Source: an uncultured virus (IMG/VR IMGVR_UViG_2639762883_000003)
Taxonomy: Duplodnaviria; Heunggongvirae; Uroviricota; Caudoviricetes
Reading direction: 5' to 3' (one strand)
IMG/VR virus record: IMGVR_UViG_2639762883_000003
Length of the DNA stretch: 64,000 nt
Below are positions 28,797 through 37,954 of the stretch, piece after piece. Both the position numbers and the translations under genes were made by a program. The notes below the pieces were generated by a model that worked only from the letters and a program-made list of their open reading frames with translations, was not told where the DNA came from and ran no database searches. Position 1 is the stretch's first letter; the number at the start of each line of letters is the position of its first letter.

Positions 28797-28880
28797 CCTC
28801 CAATGATATAATAATATTTGTAAATCAATATCATTGGTTACGACGTCTCACTGTTTGCGGCAGTGGGGCGCTTTTTTTAT

Positions 28881-29321
28881 TTAGAACATTAATTCGTAGA
28901 ATTTATCTGGTAGACCATAGGCCATTTGTATTTCGTTAAAGCTTTGTGGTCGGTCGCCATACTGTTCTTTGTATAGGGCGGTAAGTTCACTACATGCAAA
29001 TAAATTGGCTTCACGTTCCATTTTGCCTTCCCAATTATTTCCAATGGTGTAGAGAGCGGCGCAGGACGTGTGATCTAATCCATGCTTCAATTCGTGAGCC
29101 ATGACCACATATTTTTCTGGTACTTCTTGCAATTCATCTGACAAGCCAATGTACACATCACCGCTGCTTGCGGTCGTACATATCCCTTTGAGGTTGCCTA
29201 AACTAGCATATTCAACACGATAACCTAAACTGTCTGCAATGACAAAAGGATCGAAAGTTCCTAATTTATCGGCTAATTGATGAACTTGTAGATACAGTTT
29301 ATAACTGTTCATCAACAACAC
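28881..29321 (-). CDS. ImmA/IrrE-family metallopeptidase (anti-repressor protease)
   Basis: AHELKH zincin motif, EREANLFA; adjacent to repressor. Confidence 0.9.
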   Translation of the reverse strand: MLLMNSYKLYLQVHQLADKLGTFDPFVIADSLGYRVEYASLGNLKGICTTASSGDVYIGLSDELQEVPEKYVVMAHELKHGLDHTSCAALYTIGNNWEGKMEREANLFACSELTALYKEQYGDRPQSFNEIQMAYGLPDKFYELMF

Positions 29322-29702
29322 CTACTTTTTATTATCGTCATTCCGATGCTTTTGTTTATCTTCCCAGAACACACCTTCCAAGAAGGCACGTACCTTAATT
29401 TTTGTTTCGTCGTCCATATCCATACCTTGGAAGCCCATTGGCACATTTGATTTGAGCCACTCATCAAGGTCGATTTTATCGTCCTCAGTTGCCCAGTCAG
29501 GACTATTCTGAGTTTCACGGCCAAGCAGGTAGTCAGTTGTGACACCGAAATAGTCAGCTACTTTTTTTAGGTTATCAGCTTTGGGCGAGGACTTATCCCA
29601 CCGACGAATTTGACCATTAGATATCCCAGTGATTCGCTCAAGTTCAGCTAAGGTGATATGTTTCTCGTTGGCTAAGCCTTGAATTCTACTTTTTAAATCC
29701 AT
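29322..29702 (-). CDS. XRE-family immunity repressor (ImmR/CI-like)
   Basis: HTH TLAELERITGISNGQIRRW, VADYFGVTTDYLLGR. Confidence 0.92.
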   Translation of the reverse strand: MDLKSRIQGLANEKHITLAELERITGISNGQIRRWDKSSPKADNLKKVADYFGVTTDYLLGRETQNSPDWATEDDKIDLDEWLKSNVPMGFQGMDMDDETKIKVRAFLEGVFWEDKQKHRNDDNKK

Positions 29703-29740
29703 TGATTTACCGGCCTTCCTTAGCCGCAAAACAAATATAA

Positions 29741-29917
29741 TAGCAAAAAAGCTAATTTAAACGTTGACAAATAACTTTTACGCTAATATACTATGTTCAT
29801 AAGCTAATTGATTAGCTAAAAGCACTAACAAATAAACCTTAATTTTACGTTCCCCAACGTGATAAACGGCTTTGTATAGGCTTATTTAACTATGACCTAA
29901 TAATAGCTTTTAAGCTA
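29741..29917. promoter_or_regulatory. Repressor operators TAGC-N6-GCTA
   Basis: 29741-29754, 29772-29785 (1 mismatch), 29904-29917; two overlap promoter spacers. Confidence 0.65.
29764..29792 (+). promoter_or_regulatory. Rightward lytic promoter
   Basis: TTGACA-17-TATACT. Confidence 0.8.
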
Positions 29918-29928
29918 TTGTATGTCAA
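29900..29928 (-). promoter_or_regulatory. Leftward lysogenic promoter
   Basis: Minus strand TTGACA-17-TATTAT. Confidence 0.75.
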
Positions 29929-29972
29929 CAGTTTAGCAAAAAAATTAGCTAATAAAGAAAGGAGTGAAACAA

Positions 29973-30155
29973 ATGAGTACAGATTTGGGAGTGAAGGTTA
30001 GAGGAAAGTTGTTCGAAAAAGATATGACACAAATTCAATTAGCAAAGCTGGTTGGCATTAGCGATGTATATTTGAGCGATATTCTCCATGGGCGCAAGAC
30101 TGGGCCAAAACCACAAGAACATATTAAGAAAATCAAAAAAATTCTTGGTATCTAA
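29973..30155 (+). CDS. Cro-like HTH regulator
   Basis: MTQIQLAKLVGISDVYLSDILHGR; divergent from repressor. Confidence 0.88.
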   Translation: MSTDLGVKVRGKLFEKDMTQIQLAKLVGISDVYLSDILHGRKTGPKPQEHIKKIKKILGI

Positions 30156-30167
30156 GGAGGACTAATC

Positions 30168-30977
30168 ATGAACGAATTAAAAGTAATTGGTTGTGAACGT
30201 ATCGGTCAATATGAATTCACTGGAATTGAAGGTGGGTTCGGCGAGAACAAGAAAGCAATGTTGGTTAAGGATATCGCCAAGATTCATGAGCGACCAGTAT
30301 TTAAGATTAATGAACTTATTAATAACAACATTAAGCGGTTCAAAGAAGGTATCGATTTAATTGATTTAAAACATATCCTTCAAAAGGATGTGTTTTCCGA
30401 ATATGGATTTAGCAAGGCACAATGGGGAAATGCAACAAACATCTACCTATTATCTGAACGAGGTTATAGCAAGCTACTTAAAATTCTCGAAGATGACAAA
30501 GCTTGGGAAATCTATGATCAACTGGTTGATAACTATTTCAACATGCGTCAGGCTATCAAAGAAAATCAGCCGTCATTAGTTGCTGGTAAGCGACTTGAAA
30601 TTATGGAGAAGAACGCTTCTACTCGGAAAGCAAATTTACTATATAAAATTGCTCAAGCTACGAGTTCTGAAACGTCTAGCCAATCATTATTAGCACAAGC
30701 CGCTAAAGAACTTACTGGTGAAATGACTATCCCAGTTATGAAACATAAGGAATACAGTGCGGGAGATGTTGGTAAGCAACTTGGTATTTCAGCCAACAAG
30801 GTTGGACGAATTGCCAATAGTATTGAAATCAAAGCCGAACAACCTGGTAAGAATGAATATGGGCGTTGGAGTAACAGTAAATCACAACATTCTGATAAGG
30901 AAGTCCCACAGTGGTTGTATTTTGATGAAGGCGTTATGGCAATTAAAACGGCTAATAAGGGGATGAATAAACGATGA
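30168..30977 (+). CDS. Antirepressor, ORF6N-domain
   Basis: INNNIKRF, YLLSERGYSKL, LVDNYF motifs. Confidence 0.8.
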   Translation: MNELKVIGCERIGQYEFTGIEGGFGENKKAMLVKDIAKIHERPVFKINELINNNIKRFKEGIDLIDLKHILQKDVFSEYGFSKAQWGNATNIYLLSERGYSKLLKILEDDKAWEIYDQLVDNYFNMRQAIKENQPSLVAGKRLEIMEKNASTRKANLLYKIAQATSSETSSQSLLAQAAKELTGEMTIPVMKHKEYSAGDVGKQLGISANKVGRIANSIEIKAEQPGKNEYGRWSNSKSQHSDKEVPQWLYFDEGVMAIKTANKGMNKR

Positions 30978-31177
30978 CTGAAAAATTAGTTCTAAGAAAA
31001 CAACATCTTAATGGCAATAATGGAACCAAGCCAATATTCGTTGATGTCTCAATTCTTGATTCCATTCGTGAAATTAAAGAAGAAACCGGAATCCCGATGA
31101 GAAGAATTGTTGAACAGTTTTTATGTTATGCAATGAAGAATGTTCAGATTGTTGATGACGAAGGAGACGAACAGTGA
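30974..31177 (+). CDS. Small ribbon-helix-helix-like protein
   Basis: IFVD..ILDSIREIKEETGIPMRRIVE pattern; coupled. Confidence 0.55.
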   Translation: MTEKLVLRKQHLNGNNGTKPIFVDVSILDSIREIKEETGIPMRRIVEQFLCYAMKNVQIVDDEGDEQ

Positions 31178-31515
31178 TGACCCAATCATTATTAGATCAG
31201 ATTGAAGTAACTGGAACTTTCCGTTTCCCACTACCTGATGGCATGAAGCTTGTTCCCGTTGATTCTCATGGTTACGAAGGTGAGTCATTGACCGGTCGAT
31301 GGTGGACCATGAAAGATTTACGTGAATGGTGTGCTAATAAGTCAGTTGACTGGTTGAAAGATAACATCCTAGAAAACCCACGCTACAGTCGCGAGATTGG
31401 GGCAATGGAACGCAAAGGCCAAATCATTCATAAAGGTCGTGGTAGCGCATGGAAGTTTAAAGCCAAGGCAATGGCGGAGTTTTTGGATAAGCACGGCGAA
31501 GAGCTGCCATGGTAA
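31177..31515 (+). CDS. DUF771-like protein (possible excisionase)
   Basis: GRWWTMKDL, WLKDNIL, WKFKAKAMAEFL motifs. Confidence 0.65.
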   Translation: MTQSLLDQIEVTGTFRFPLPDGMKLVPVDSHGYEGESLTGRWWTMKDLREWCANKSVDWLKDNILENPRYSREIGAMERKGQIIHKGRGSAWKFKAKAMAEFLDKHGEELPW

Positions 31516-31533
31516 CGAAGGGAGGTGTTACGG

Positions 31534-31617
31534 ATGATTGAAGGAGCAATAGTAGGATGCGTGTTAACAGCGCTATGGTTCAAACGTCATGAAGTACCTA
31601 GTTGGTTTGGAATTTAG
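31534..31617 (+). CDS. 27-aa hydrophobic peptide, not in ORF track
   Basis: GGAGGTG RBS; MIEGAIVGCVLTALWFKRHEVPSWFGI*. Confidence 0.5.
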   Translation: MIEGAIVGCVLTALWFKRHEVPSWFGI

Positions 31618-31628
31618 GAGGAAACAAT

Positions 31629-31868
31629 ATGTATGAAGAAGACATTGAGCACGCGTTAAGAGCACGTAAGTATAACGCAATTCGTGCAGATGAACGTGAG
31701 CTGATTAACGCTATCACGTACGATACAGACGGGATCATTAAGCGGCGCCCATGCTTTGGCTATTCAGAAGAATTTATTGGCGAATTGCAGGAACACGATA
31801 TTAACGTTTGCGAGCCAGATGGAAATTCTGATGAGAACTGGACGTTTACATTGCCACCAATGTATTAG
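31629..31868 (+). CDS. Hypothetical protein
   Basis: AGGAGG RBS, operon context. Confidence 0.7.
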   Translation: MYEEDIEHALRARKYNAIRADERELINAITYDTDGIIKRRPCFGYSEEFIGELQEHDINVCEPDGNSDENWTFTLPPMY

Positions 31869-31879
31869 GAGGAATAACC

Positions 31880-32080
31880 ATGAAAGTTCATGTAGGTGAT
31901 CGAGTGAGTTACAAGGCTGAATATAGTTGTGGTCAGCTGATAAGAGAAGCCGGTGTTGGCAGAGTAGTTGAAATCAAGTCAATTCCGTTCACGTTGCGTA
32001 CAAAAAAAGATGTAGCTGTAGTAAAAGAGAATGGCCAGCAATTTGAAATCATTACTAATGGTATTCAAGTAATTAAGTAG
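31880..32080 (+). CDS. Hypothetical protein (SH3/KOW-like)
   Basis: VGDRV..GRVVEI pattern; AGGAGG RBS. Confidence 0.65.
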   Translation: MKVHVGDRVSYKAEYSCGQLIREAGVGRVVEIKSIPFTLRTKKDVAVVKENGQQFEIITNGIQVIK

Positions 32081-32091
32081 GAGGAATAATC

Positions 32092-32256
32092 ATGCAAGAA
32101 GTATCAATTTTACCACTCCACGAGTGGAAACGAGCGCAAAAAAAGCCATCGCTAGTAGCGGCTAACGATGGACTAATGGAAGAGATGATTAGTACCAACA
32201 TTTACTTTATTCCAAAGCAGTCTCGTTTGCAAGTGCTAAGAAAGCGAGGACGGTAG
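32092..32256 (+). CDS. Hypothetical 54-aa protein
   Basis: AGGAGG RBS; MQEVSILPLHEWKR...LRKRGR*. Confidence 0.5.
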   Translation: MQEVSILPLHEWKRAQKKPSLVAANDGLMEEMISTNIYFIPKQSRLQVLRKRGR

Positions 32257-32258
32257 TT

Positions 32259-32675
32259 ATGACATCAATAGATTACGGCAAATTTATTAGCTTAGGTTCG
32301 AATGGACTTGGGAGAAGAAGGACTCCATTTCCATTGGTTTCAATTAGTTCCAATATTATGACTTTTAATGCTGCTGCAAGCGATGTAATAAATGACAAGG
32401 CATTTAAATATGTTACTTATAAGTATTATCAAAACCAATTATTGTTAGATCTTCAAAAATCAAAATCAGATGGATGCTACCGACTTTATAAACATAGTGG
32501 TTCCTTACAATCCAGCTTCAGGGCAGCCAGTACACAACTGAAAGAAAATACGGATTCCATCGATACTGATTTATATAACTACCAATACAAGCTGCTGCTG
32601 GAACCAGATGGCCATCATATAGTCATTGACTTGGCACAACCATATATTAAAAAAGCTATAAAGCGAGGACGGTAG
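32259..32675 (+). CDS. AT-rich hypothetical protein flanked by 21-bp direct repeats
   Basis: ORF track; AAAGCGAGGACGGTAGTTATG at 32241-32261 and 32660-32680. Confidence 0.7.
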   Translation: MTSIDYGKFISLGSNGLGRRRTPFPLVSISSNIMTFNAAASDVINDKAFKYVTYKYYQNQLLLDLQKSKSDGCYRLYKHSGSLQSSFRAASTQLKENTDSIDTDLYNYQYKLLLEPDGHHIVIDLAQPYIKKAIKRGR

Positions 32676-32677
32676 TT

Positions 32678-32848
32678 ATGGAAAACCCATTACCTTATTT
32701 AGAACAACAGCATTGCATTTTCCATGGTATTGCACTGATTGCATCGATTGATCCGCAGGCATTAACGCCAGAATTACGTCAGATGAGAGACAACATGATT
32801 AAAGCAATCGACTTAAACGAACTTATGATCAATAGGGGGCTGAAATAA
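32678..32848 (+). CDS. Hypothetical 56-aa protein
   Basis: MENPLPYLEQQHCIFHGIALIASIDP...; GAGGA RBS. Confidence 0.55.
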   Translation: MENPLPYLEQQHCIFHGIALIASIDPQALTPELRQMRDNMIKAIDLNELMINRGLK

Positions 32849-32930
32849 TGGCGAATGAAGTAATTAATCTGCCAGACTACTATACTCCGAAACAGTCGCT
32901 AAGACAACTTTTAACGCGGAGGTGGGCGAA

Positions 32931-33062
32931 ATGAACGGCTACGATAGCTGGTTAATTGACCAAGAAGAAGCTGCGGAAGGCTGGCGTGATGATGTGCCCA
33001 CCGAGGAAGAGCTGATTGAAAGTGGCGTCATTGCTGATGAGGAGGACGATGAGAATGATTAA
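32931..33062 (+). CDS. Highly acidic 43-aa protein
   Basis: GGAGGTG RBS; MNGYDSWLIDQEEAAEGWRDDVPTEEELIESGVIADEEDDEND*. Confidence 0.6.
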   Translation: MNGYDSWLIDQEEAAEGWRDDVPTEEELIESGVIADEEDDEND

Positions 33063-33567
33063 AGAAGAGACTGCGGGCATGACGCTCGATGAAATGGAAG
33101 CCAAGCTTGAGCAGGCTACCCGAGATAAGAAGGCCTTTAAAAAGGCCATGCTAAAACCACAAATGGAAGTTGATAAGTATCGAAAGGCCATCAAGACGGT
33201 AGATGACCAAATTGACCAACTACAAGAATTACAGCGAATGGCAATGGGTGATCAAGAACAAGTTGATACTGAGTTCTTTCACTTCAAAATGGGCACCGTT
33301 AACCCTAGTACGTCTCGTAACTGGAACATTGAACGAGATAAGGACGCGACACCCAAAGAGCTTACAGCAGTCTTTGAACGTTTTGACGATACATTAATCA
33401 AGACGACCCGAAGCGTGAATGAGACCGAAATCAAGAATCGGCTAGCAAATGGCGAGTTTTATGTAACGCCTGACGGTAAAATTATGGACTCAAGCCTTAA
33501 TGCACTGCCGGGATACTCCGGATCACTCAAGAAGCCCAAAATTTCCGTAAAAGCTAAGGAGGACTAA
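33055..33567 (+). CDS. Gam/Gp157-like coiled-coil protein
   Basis: Coiled coil then IKTTRSVNETEIK; directly upstream of Erf. Confidence 0.55.
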   Translation: MIKEETAGMTLDEMEAKLEQATRDKKAFKKAMLKPQMEVDKYRKAIKTVDDQIDQLQELQRMAMGDQEQVDTEFFHFKMGTVNPSTSRNWNIERDKDATPKELTAVFERFDDTLIKTTRSVNETEIKNRLANGEFYVTPDGKIMDSSLNALPGYSGSLKKPKISVKAKED

Positions 33568-33569
33568 GG

Positions 33570-34217
33570 ATGAATGAGAAGCTTAATCTGATGCAGAAAC
33601 TTAATGAGGCTGCTAAGTCAATTGGCGCGGTTCATAAAGACGGTAAGAATAGTTTCCAGAACTATGAATTTCAATCCGAAGGAGCTATCAAAGCTGCGGT
33701 TGAGCACGCAATTCAAGGTGTTGGAATTCGAATTATCCCGAATTACGAGATTATCAATCAATATGATAAAGCCAGCAAGAAGGGCGGTTCAAACCACTTT
33801 GTTGACGTCATGGGGACGTTCTTAATCACAGACGGTTCAGAGTCACAGACAGGTTCAATGCCCGGAAGTGGCCAAGATAACGGTGAGAAAGCGATAGCTA
33901 AAGCTTGCACAAGCGCTCAGAAGTACTTCTATAAACAGCTTTTTAACATCACTGACCAGGAAGAAGATCCAGATACAACTAACAGCAATGCAACTGATGG
34001 TGAGCCGCTTATTGATAGCCGGCAAAAGAACCGCATAGACAGACTGTTTGAGGATCTGGCGGGAGTGACAAACAAGGATAAGGAATTTGTTGCTAAAGCT
34101 TACCTCAAGAAGGTTGGCAGCGTTGATAAGCTGACACACAGTAGTGCTAACACGTTAATTGAGTTGGTTACTAATAAATTAAATTCGTACGTTGACAAGG
34201 AGGACCAATCAGCATGA
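33570..34217 (+). CDS. erf: ERF-family single-strand annealing protein
   Basis: KDGKNSFQNY, GQDNGEKAIAKACTSAQKY, EDPD motifs. Confidence 0.85.
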   Translation: MNEKLNLMQKLNEAAKSIGAVHKDGKNSFQNYEFQSEGAIKAAVEHAIQGVGIRIIPNYEIINQYDKASKKGGSNHFVDVMGTFLITDGSESQTGSMPGSGQDNGEKAIAKACTSAQKYFYKQLFNITDQEEDPDTTNSNATDGEPLIDSRQKNRIDRLFEDLAGVTNKDKEFVAKAYLKKVGSVDKLTHSSANTLIELVTNKLNSYVDKEDQSA

Positions 34218-34618
34218 GACAAATCACTATTTCAGGAAACTTAGGTAAGGACCCCGAAGTGCGACAAACGCAAAGCGGTATGCAAGTTGCTAACTTTAGT
34301 TTAGCAGTAAGGCAGAATCACCCAGATGATCAAGGCAACTATGGCACTGACTGGTTTCGATGTGCTGTCTGGGGTAAGCGGGCTGGAACGATTGAGCGAT
34401 ATTTCCATAAAGGCAATCATGTTTTGGTAACAGGTACGTTTGAAGTTGATGAATATAACGGACAAGCACAGCTAGGAGTGAACGTCACTGATTTTGATTT
34501 ACCGGATCGTGAAAGTAACCAGAGTAAATCACAGTCAAATAATCAAGCGCCACACCAGCAACCAGTGCCTTCAGCTGGCGGCCAAATTGATATTAGTTCA
34601 GACGATTTACCATTCTAG
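34214..34618 (+). CDS. ssb: Single-stranded DNA-binding protein
   Basis: GNLGKDPEVR OB-fold start; acidic tail DDLPF. Confidence 0.95.
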   Translation: MRQITISGNLGKDPEVRQTQSGMQVANFSLAVRQNHPDDQGNYGTDWFRCAVWGKRAGTIERYFHKGNHVLVTGTFEVDEYNGQAQLGVNVTDFDLPDRESNQSKSQSNNQAPHQQPVPSAGGQIDISSDDLPF

Positions 34619-34633
34619 TTGGAGTTGTGATTA

Positions 34634-35200
34634 ATGACAGTTTATAAAAAAATTCCACGGTACGAAGGCATATATGAAGCCAGTGATCACGGAACAATTT
34701 GGAGTGTTGAGGGTAAACAAACCACAAGAAAGATGAAAAATGGGCAGATTCAAAAACGTATTTGGAAACGACGACAGATAATGCCCAAACGTGAAAAAAG
34801 GCCTCGAAGCAAGCATAGTGATTTGAGAGTAGACCTTTGGAAAAACGGTTCCCATAAAACTAAGTTGGTTTCAAGATTAGTTGCGTCGGCTTTTATTCCA
34901 AATCCTGAAAATAAACCATGCATCAATCACATTGATGGGAATCCGTTAAACAACGTACCTAAAAATTTGGAATGGTGTACGTATAAAGAGAACCAAAAAC
35001 ATGCATTTAAGGCTGGGCTCAACAAGAGCAGTAAACGGGTTGTTTTGGTTGGTTCATACGATAACATTCAGCATTCGTTTATTAGCATGGCAGAAGCAAG
35101 CAATTTTCTGGGTATGAGTCATGGATTTATTTCAGGCCTAGTGAACCGTGGCATTACAAATTTTGGTGAATACAAGATTATTGTACAGCGTGAGGAGTGA
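34634..35200 (+). CDS. NUMOD4-HNH homing endonuclease
   Basis: IPRYEGIYEAS (NUMOD4); RLVASAFIPNP, INHIDGNPLNN..NLEW...EN. Confidence 0.88.
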   Translation: MTVYKKIPRYEGIYEASDHGTIWSVEGKQTTRKMKNGQIQKRIWKRRQIMPKREKRPRSKHSDLRVDLWKNGSHKTKLVSRLVASAFIPNPENKPCINHIDGNPLNNVPKNLEWCTYKENQKHAFKAGLNKSSKRVVLVGSYDNIQHSFISMAEASNFLGMSHGFISGLVNRGITNFGEYKIIVQREE

Positions 35201-35899
35201 TCTATGTGCAACGCTCACGGGCTAAATATTTTGAACGACAGGGCAAACACTACTTGTTGGTGGAACTGAATGAGCAACCTAACTTAGATCATGCCGAAAC
35301 AGTTAGTGGTTCACGAGACTTGTTCTACGTTGATGGTGAAATAGCTGACACACGTAAAGCTAGGCCACAACAACGACGCTTGTTCTTCGCGTTGCTTAGT
35401 GACATCTATACGTGGTCAGGTATGCCGACAGACTTCTTGAAAAACTTGTTTTATTTGCAGTATGAGTCATACACGTTTGGCAAGCAGATTAGCCTGTCAG
35501 ACACCACAGAATCGTCTGTGAGCGATGCTAACCAGTTACTCGACCTTAGTTATCGACTTCATGTTTGAGTGGCACGTGCCGTTCAAGGAAGGCTATAAGC
35601 TATTGCCACGTGAGCAAGAGTATTACCTGTTTCAATGTTGCCGCCACCGAGTTTGCATGATCTGCGGTAATCGTGCTGATATCCATCATGTAGACGTTAT
35701 CGGAGCCGGCTTGAACAGAACACACGTTGACCACACCAAACGGCACGTTATGGCATTGTGTCGAGCCCATCACAGTGAGATTGAGCAAATTGGATCCGTG
35801 GCATTTAGTGCAAAATACCACGTTCCGGTAGATGGCATAAAACTAGATAAAGAAACACTAAAACGAATTGGCTTGAAAGGTAAATATAGCAGTGACTAA
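35197..35899 (+). pseudogene. Putative HNHc nuclease (DUF968-like) split by +1 frameshift near 35545
   Basis: Two overlapping ORFs join as ..NQLLDL/VIDF.. if one T is removed; CMICG, HH, LCRAHH motifs. Confidence 0.75.
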
Positions 35900-35945
35900 T
35901 ACACCGGGTGGGTGGAATGCCTACTATATGATTGAGGTGATATAG

Positions 35946-36725
35946 ATGAGAAACCTACTTATTGATGAACCACCACTACAAGTGTTGCCATCGTTGGCAA
36001 TCAGCTTAGACAGTGCTGACAAGGCATTGATTCTTCAACAGATTCATTATTGGCTGAATAGGTCTAATAACGTAAGAGATGGATTCAGGTGGATTTATAA
36101 TAGCGCCGCAAAATGGCATGAGCAGTTTCCATGGTTGTCAGAAAAAACCATTCAGCGATATTTAAAAGACCTTGAAAAACGCGGATTATTAATCACTGGT
36201 AATTATAACAAGGCGAAATTTGACCGTACAAAGTGGTATAGAATCGATTATGACGCATTAGACAATTTGGGGTCAGCATTGGGACTGACAGTACCAACGA
36301 TAGGGACTGAGCGTCCCAATGGAATGGGACTGGCAGTCCCCACCAATACCAATAGATTACCAGAGACTACTACAGAGACTACAAATAATAAACGTCCCAA
36401 CTCAAAAACCGAGTATGGACCCGATGATCCGCCCTACAAAGTAGCAGTCCATTTGTTGACCAGAATTAAGCAACGGCAACCTGACTTCAAAGAACCAAAC
36501 TTACAGAAATGGGCTAATGATATTCGATTGGCACACGAACGTGATCATCGTGATTATGAAAAATTAGATTGGCTGGTAGATTGGTCACAGGATAATTCAT
36601 TCTGGCAAGCAAATATTTTATCGGCAGGGAAGCTACGCAAGCAGTATGACACGCTCATGGGTCAGGCTGAACGGGATCGCCCGACTAATGTTGCGCCACA
36701 AACGCGAGAGGACTGGTTTGGCTAA
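35946..36725 (+). CDS. Replication initiator protein
   Basis: LQQIHYW, WIYNS, DRTKWYRIDY, FWQANILSAGKLRKQYD. Confidence 0.85.
   Translation: MRNLLIDEPPLQVLPSLAISLDSADKALILQQIHYWLNRSNNVRDGFRWIYNSAAKWHEQFPWLSEKTIQRYLKDLEKRGLLITGNYNKAKFDRTKWYRIDYDALDNLGSALGLTVPTIGTERPNGMGLAVPTNTNRLPETTTETTNNKRPNSKTEYGPDDPPYKVAVHLLTRIKQRQPDFKEPNLQKWANDIRLAHERDHRDYEKLDWLVDWSQDNSFWQANILSAGKLRKQYDTLMGQAERDRPTNVAPQTREDWFG
36281..36342. repeat. Iterons, probable phage origin inside rep gene
   Basis: GGGACTG-n-GT(A/C)CC at 36281, 36303, 36326 (22-23 bp period). Confidence 0.65.
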
Positions 36726-37510
36726 TGGAAAATGTAACGAAGTTATTCAATCAAACCACGATTCAGAAAGTAGTAGCGGCTAGAGGAATTGATACAACTA
36801 AGTTGCCGACCAAAGAAGAATTGGATCATCAAACGATTGACCGTGCCAATGCTAGCGTGATTGCTAACCGAAAACGATATTACTATCGTATGTCAGTGTG
36901 GTCTGGCGGTGTACCGTTACGATTTAGCTTTAATGATTGGCAAGTCGATAAACAGCCTAATCAAGCTAAAGCTAGAGAACTTGGCAATCAGGCATTTAAG
37001 TTAGCTAGGCAATTAGAGACTAACCAGTTCAACGTAGCGCTTGCAGGCGGACCCGGCGTTGGCAAAACATCATTAGCGCTAGCAATTATGTATCAGCTAA
37101 TGAGCGTAGGGCAGACAGCAATGTTTGTCTCAACAGCTGAGTTGCTACGGCTGGTCAACGAGAAATACGATGCGCCAGATGTTAGAGAACGCTTAAACTA
37201 TGTTCTAAAGGACATGAAAAAAGTCGACGTGTTGGTGCTAGACGACTTTGGTACTGAAGGCGGTAAGCCGACTGAAAAAGGGTTCTACAAGCCAGTGCAC
37301 AAAGATTTACGTACGTTGATGTATGACGTTGCCAATGCCAGATGGAACCTTAACATTAACGATGGCAAATTAGCAACGATTATCACTACCAACAATACAC
37401 GAAGCCAGTTAGAAAACATGTATAGTGGTCAGACAATTGATCGTTTATATACCAAGGATACTAGCTGTCAATTGCTGTTTGACAATATGGAAGGAGTCAG
37501 AAGTGTATGA
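36725..37510 (+). CDS. DnaC/IstB-like helicase loader ATPase
   Basis: Walker A GGPGVGKT, Walker B LVLDDFG, TIITTN. Confidence 0.9.
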   Translation: MENVTKLFNQTTIQKVVAARGIDTTKLPTKEELDHQTIDRANASVIANRKRYYYRMSVWSGGVPLRFSFNDWQVDKQPNQAKARELGNQAFKLARQLETNQFNVALAGGPGVGKTSLALAIMYQLMSVGQTAMFVSTAELLRLVNEKYDAPDVRERLNYVLKDMKKVDVLVLDDFGTEGGKPTEKGFYKPVHKDLRTLMYDVANARWNLNINDGKLATIITTNNTRSQLENMYSGQTIDRLYTKDTSCQLLFDNMEGVRSV

Positions 37511-37668
37511 GTTGTGAATTATGTCATGGTAGTAAAGTTGTTCAGCAACCACTTGGGAGTTATGGTTTCACGTTTGGACCATGCCCGAATTGTACGAATG
37601 AGATACATGCTCATTACGAGCAGGAGCTTGAAAGGAAGTTAGTCTATGGCAAGCAAAAATTGGCTTAA
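37507..37668 (+). CDS. Small CxxC-CxxC zinc-finger protein, not in ORF track
   Basis: MSCELCHG...GPCPNC; ATGA overlap with DnaC stop. Confidence 0.6.
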   Translation: MSCELCHGSKVVQQPLGSYGFTFGPCPNCTNEIHAHYEQELERKLVYGKQKLA

Positions 37669-37954
37669 AGAGCTGGAAGCCATTCATAAGCTAGAAGCGA
37701 GATATGGCAGCATGGATAACGTGCCACCAAGCAAACTAGCTAACCTGCATAAGATGCCCGGAATTAAGGCCGTATCAGGCGATTACACGGAGATTACGCG
37801 TACCCAGTATAATGCCATTAAATTAGTCATGAAAGGCAAGCAGGGTAAAACTAGGACGTCTCGGGAGCTAAAACACAGTAACGCTTGGCTTGATAATCGT
37901 ATTCGTGCGATTGACGAAAACAAATACTACATTACGGAGGACAAAGATGCCTAA
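37646..37954 (+). CDS. Hypothetical protein
   Basis: ORF track, operon context. Confidence 0.65.
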   Translation: MASKNWLKELEAIHKLEARYGSMDNVPPSKLANLHKMPGIKAVSGDYTEITRTQYNAIKLVMKGKQGKTRTSRELKHSNAWLDNRIRAIDENKYYITEDKDA

